Assembly (NCBI RefSeq): GCF_006345805.1
Contig: NC_043011.1
Coordinates: forward strand, 39,010,464 to 39,074,463
DNA: 64,000 nucleotides
Source of the DNA: Octopus sinensis
Taxonomy: Eukaryota
Direction of reading: 5' to 3'
The translations under genes were made by a program, and so were the position numbers. Below the pieces are notes generated by a model. The model saw only the letters and a program-made list of their open reading frames with translations. It did not search any database and was not told the DNA's origin. Positions 63,981-64,000 of the stretch are shown in pieces (within the stretch, counting starts at the first letter, position 1; each line of letters begins with the position of its first letter).

Positions 63981-64000
63981 CTTCGTACAAACATAAATGT

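Overview
AT-rich, eukaryotic, essentially non-coding window saturated with microsatellites ((TA)n, (CA)n, (TATG)n, (CAT)n, (TAA)n, (CT)n) and short mobile elements. The SINE and microsatellite landscape looks like a coleoid cephalopod (Octopus-like) intron or intergenic region; this is an inference from memory, not a database result. I find no intact protein-coding gene, rRNA, tRNA or CRISPR array. Almost all supplied ORFs are translations of microsatellites or SINEs. The only protein-derived sequences are decayed transposon fragments: one mariner transposase remnant and three RTE-type LINE 3' remnants. I labelled five SINE-like families A-E (my own labels), several with clear target-site duplications. 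There are also hAT, Tc1/mariner and piggyBac-like MITEs, a Helitron/HINE-like element and Penelope-like short repeats. Most notable observations: (1) decayed minimal hammerhead-ribozyme-like motifs in the Penelope-like repeats; (2) a near-perfect 125-bp-arm hairpin apparently made by template switching; (3) four local tandem duplications, three clearly bounded by microsatellites; (4) a 32-bp minisatellite carrying nine CACCTG E-boxes in a repeat-poor island; (5) a few weak exon candidates. I cannot claim a wholly new biological system from sequence alone. Many repeat boundaries are approximate.
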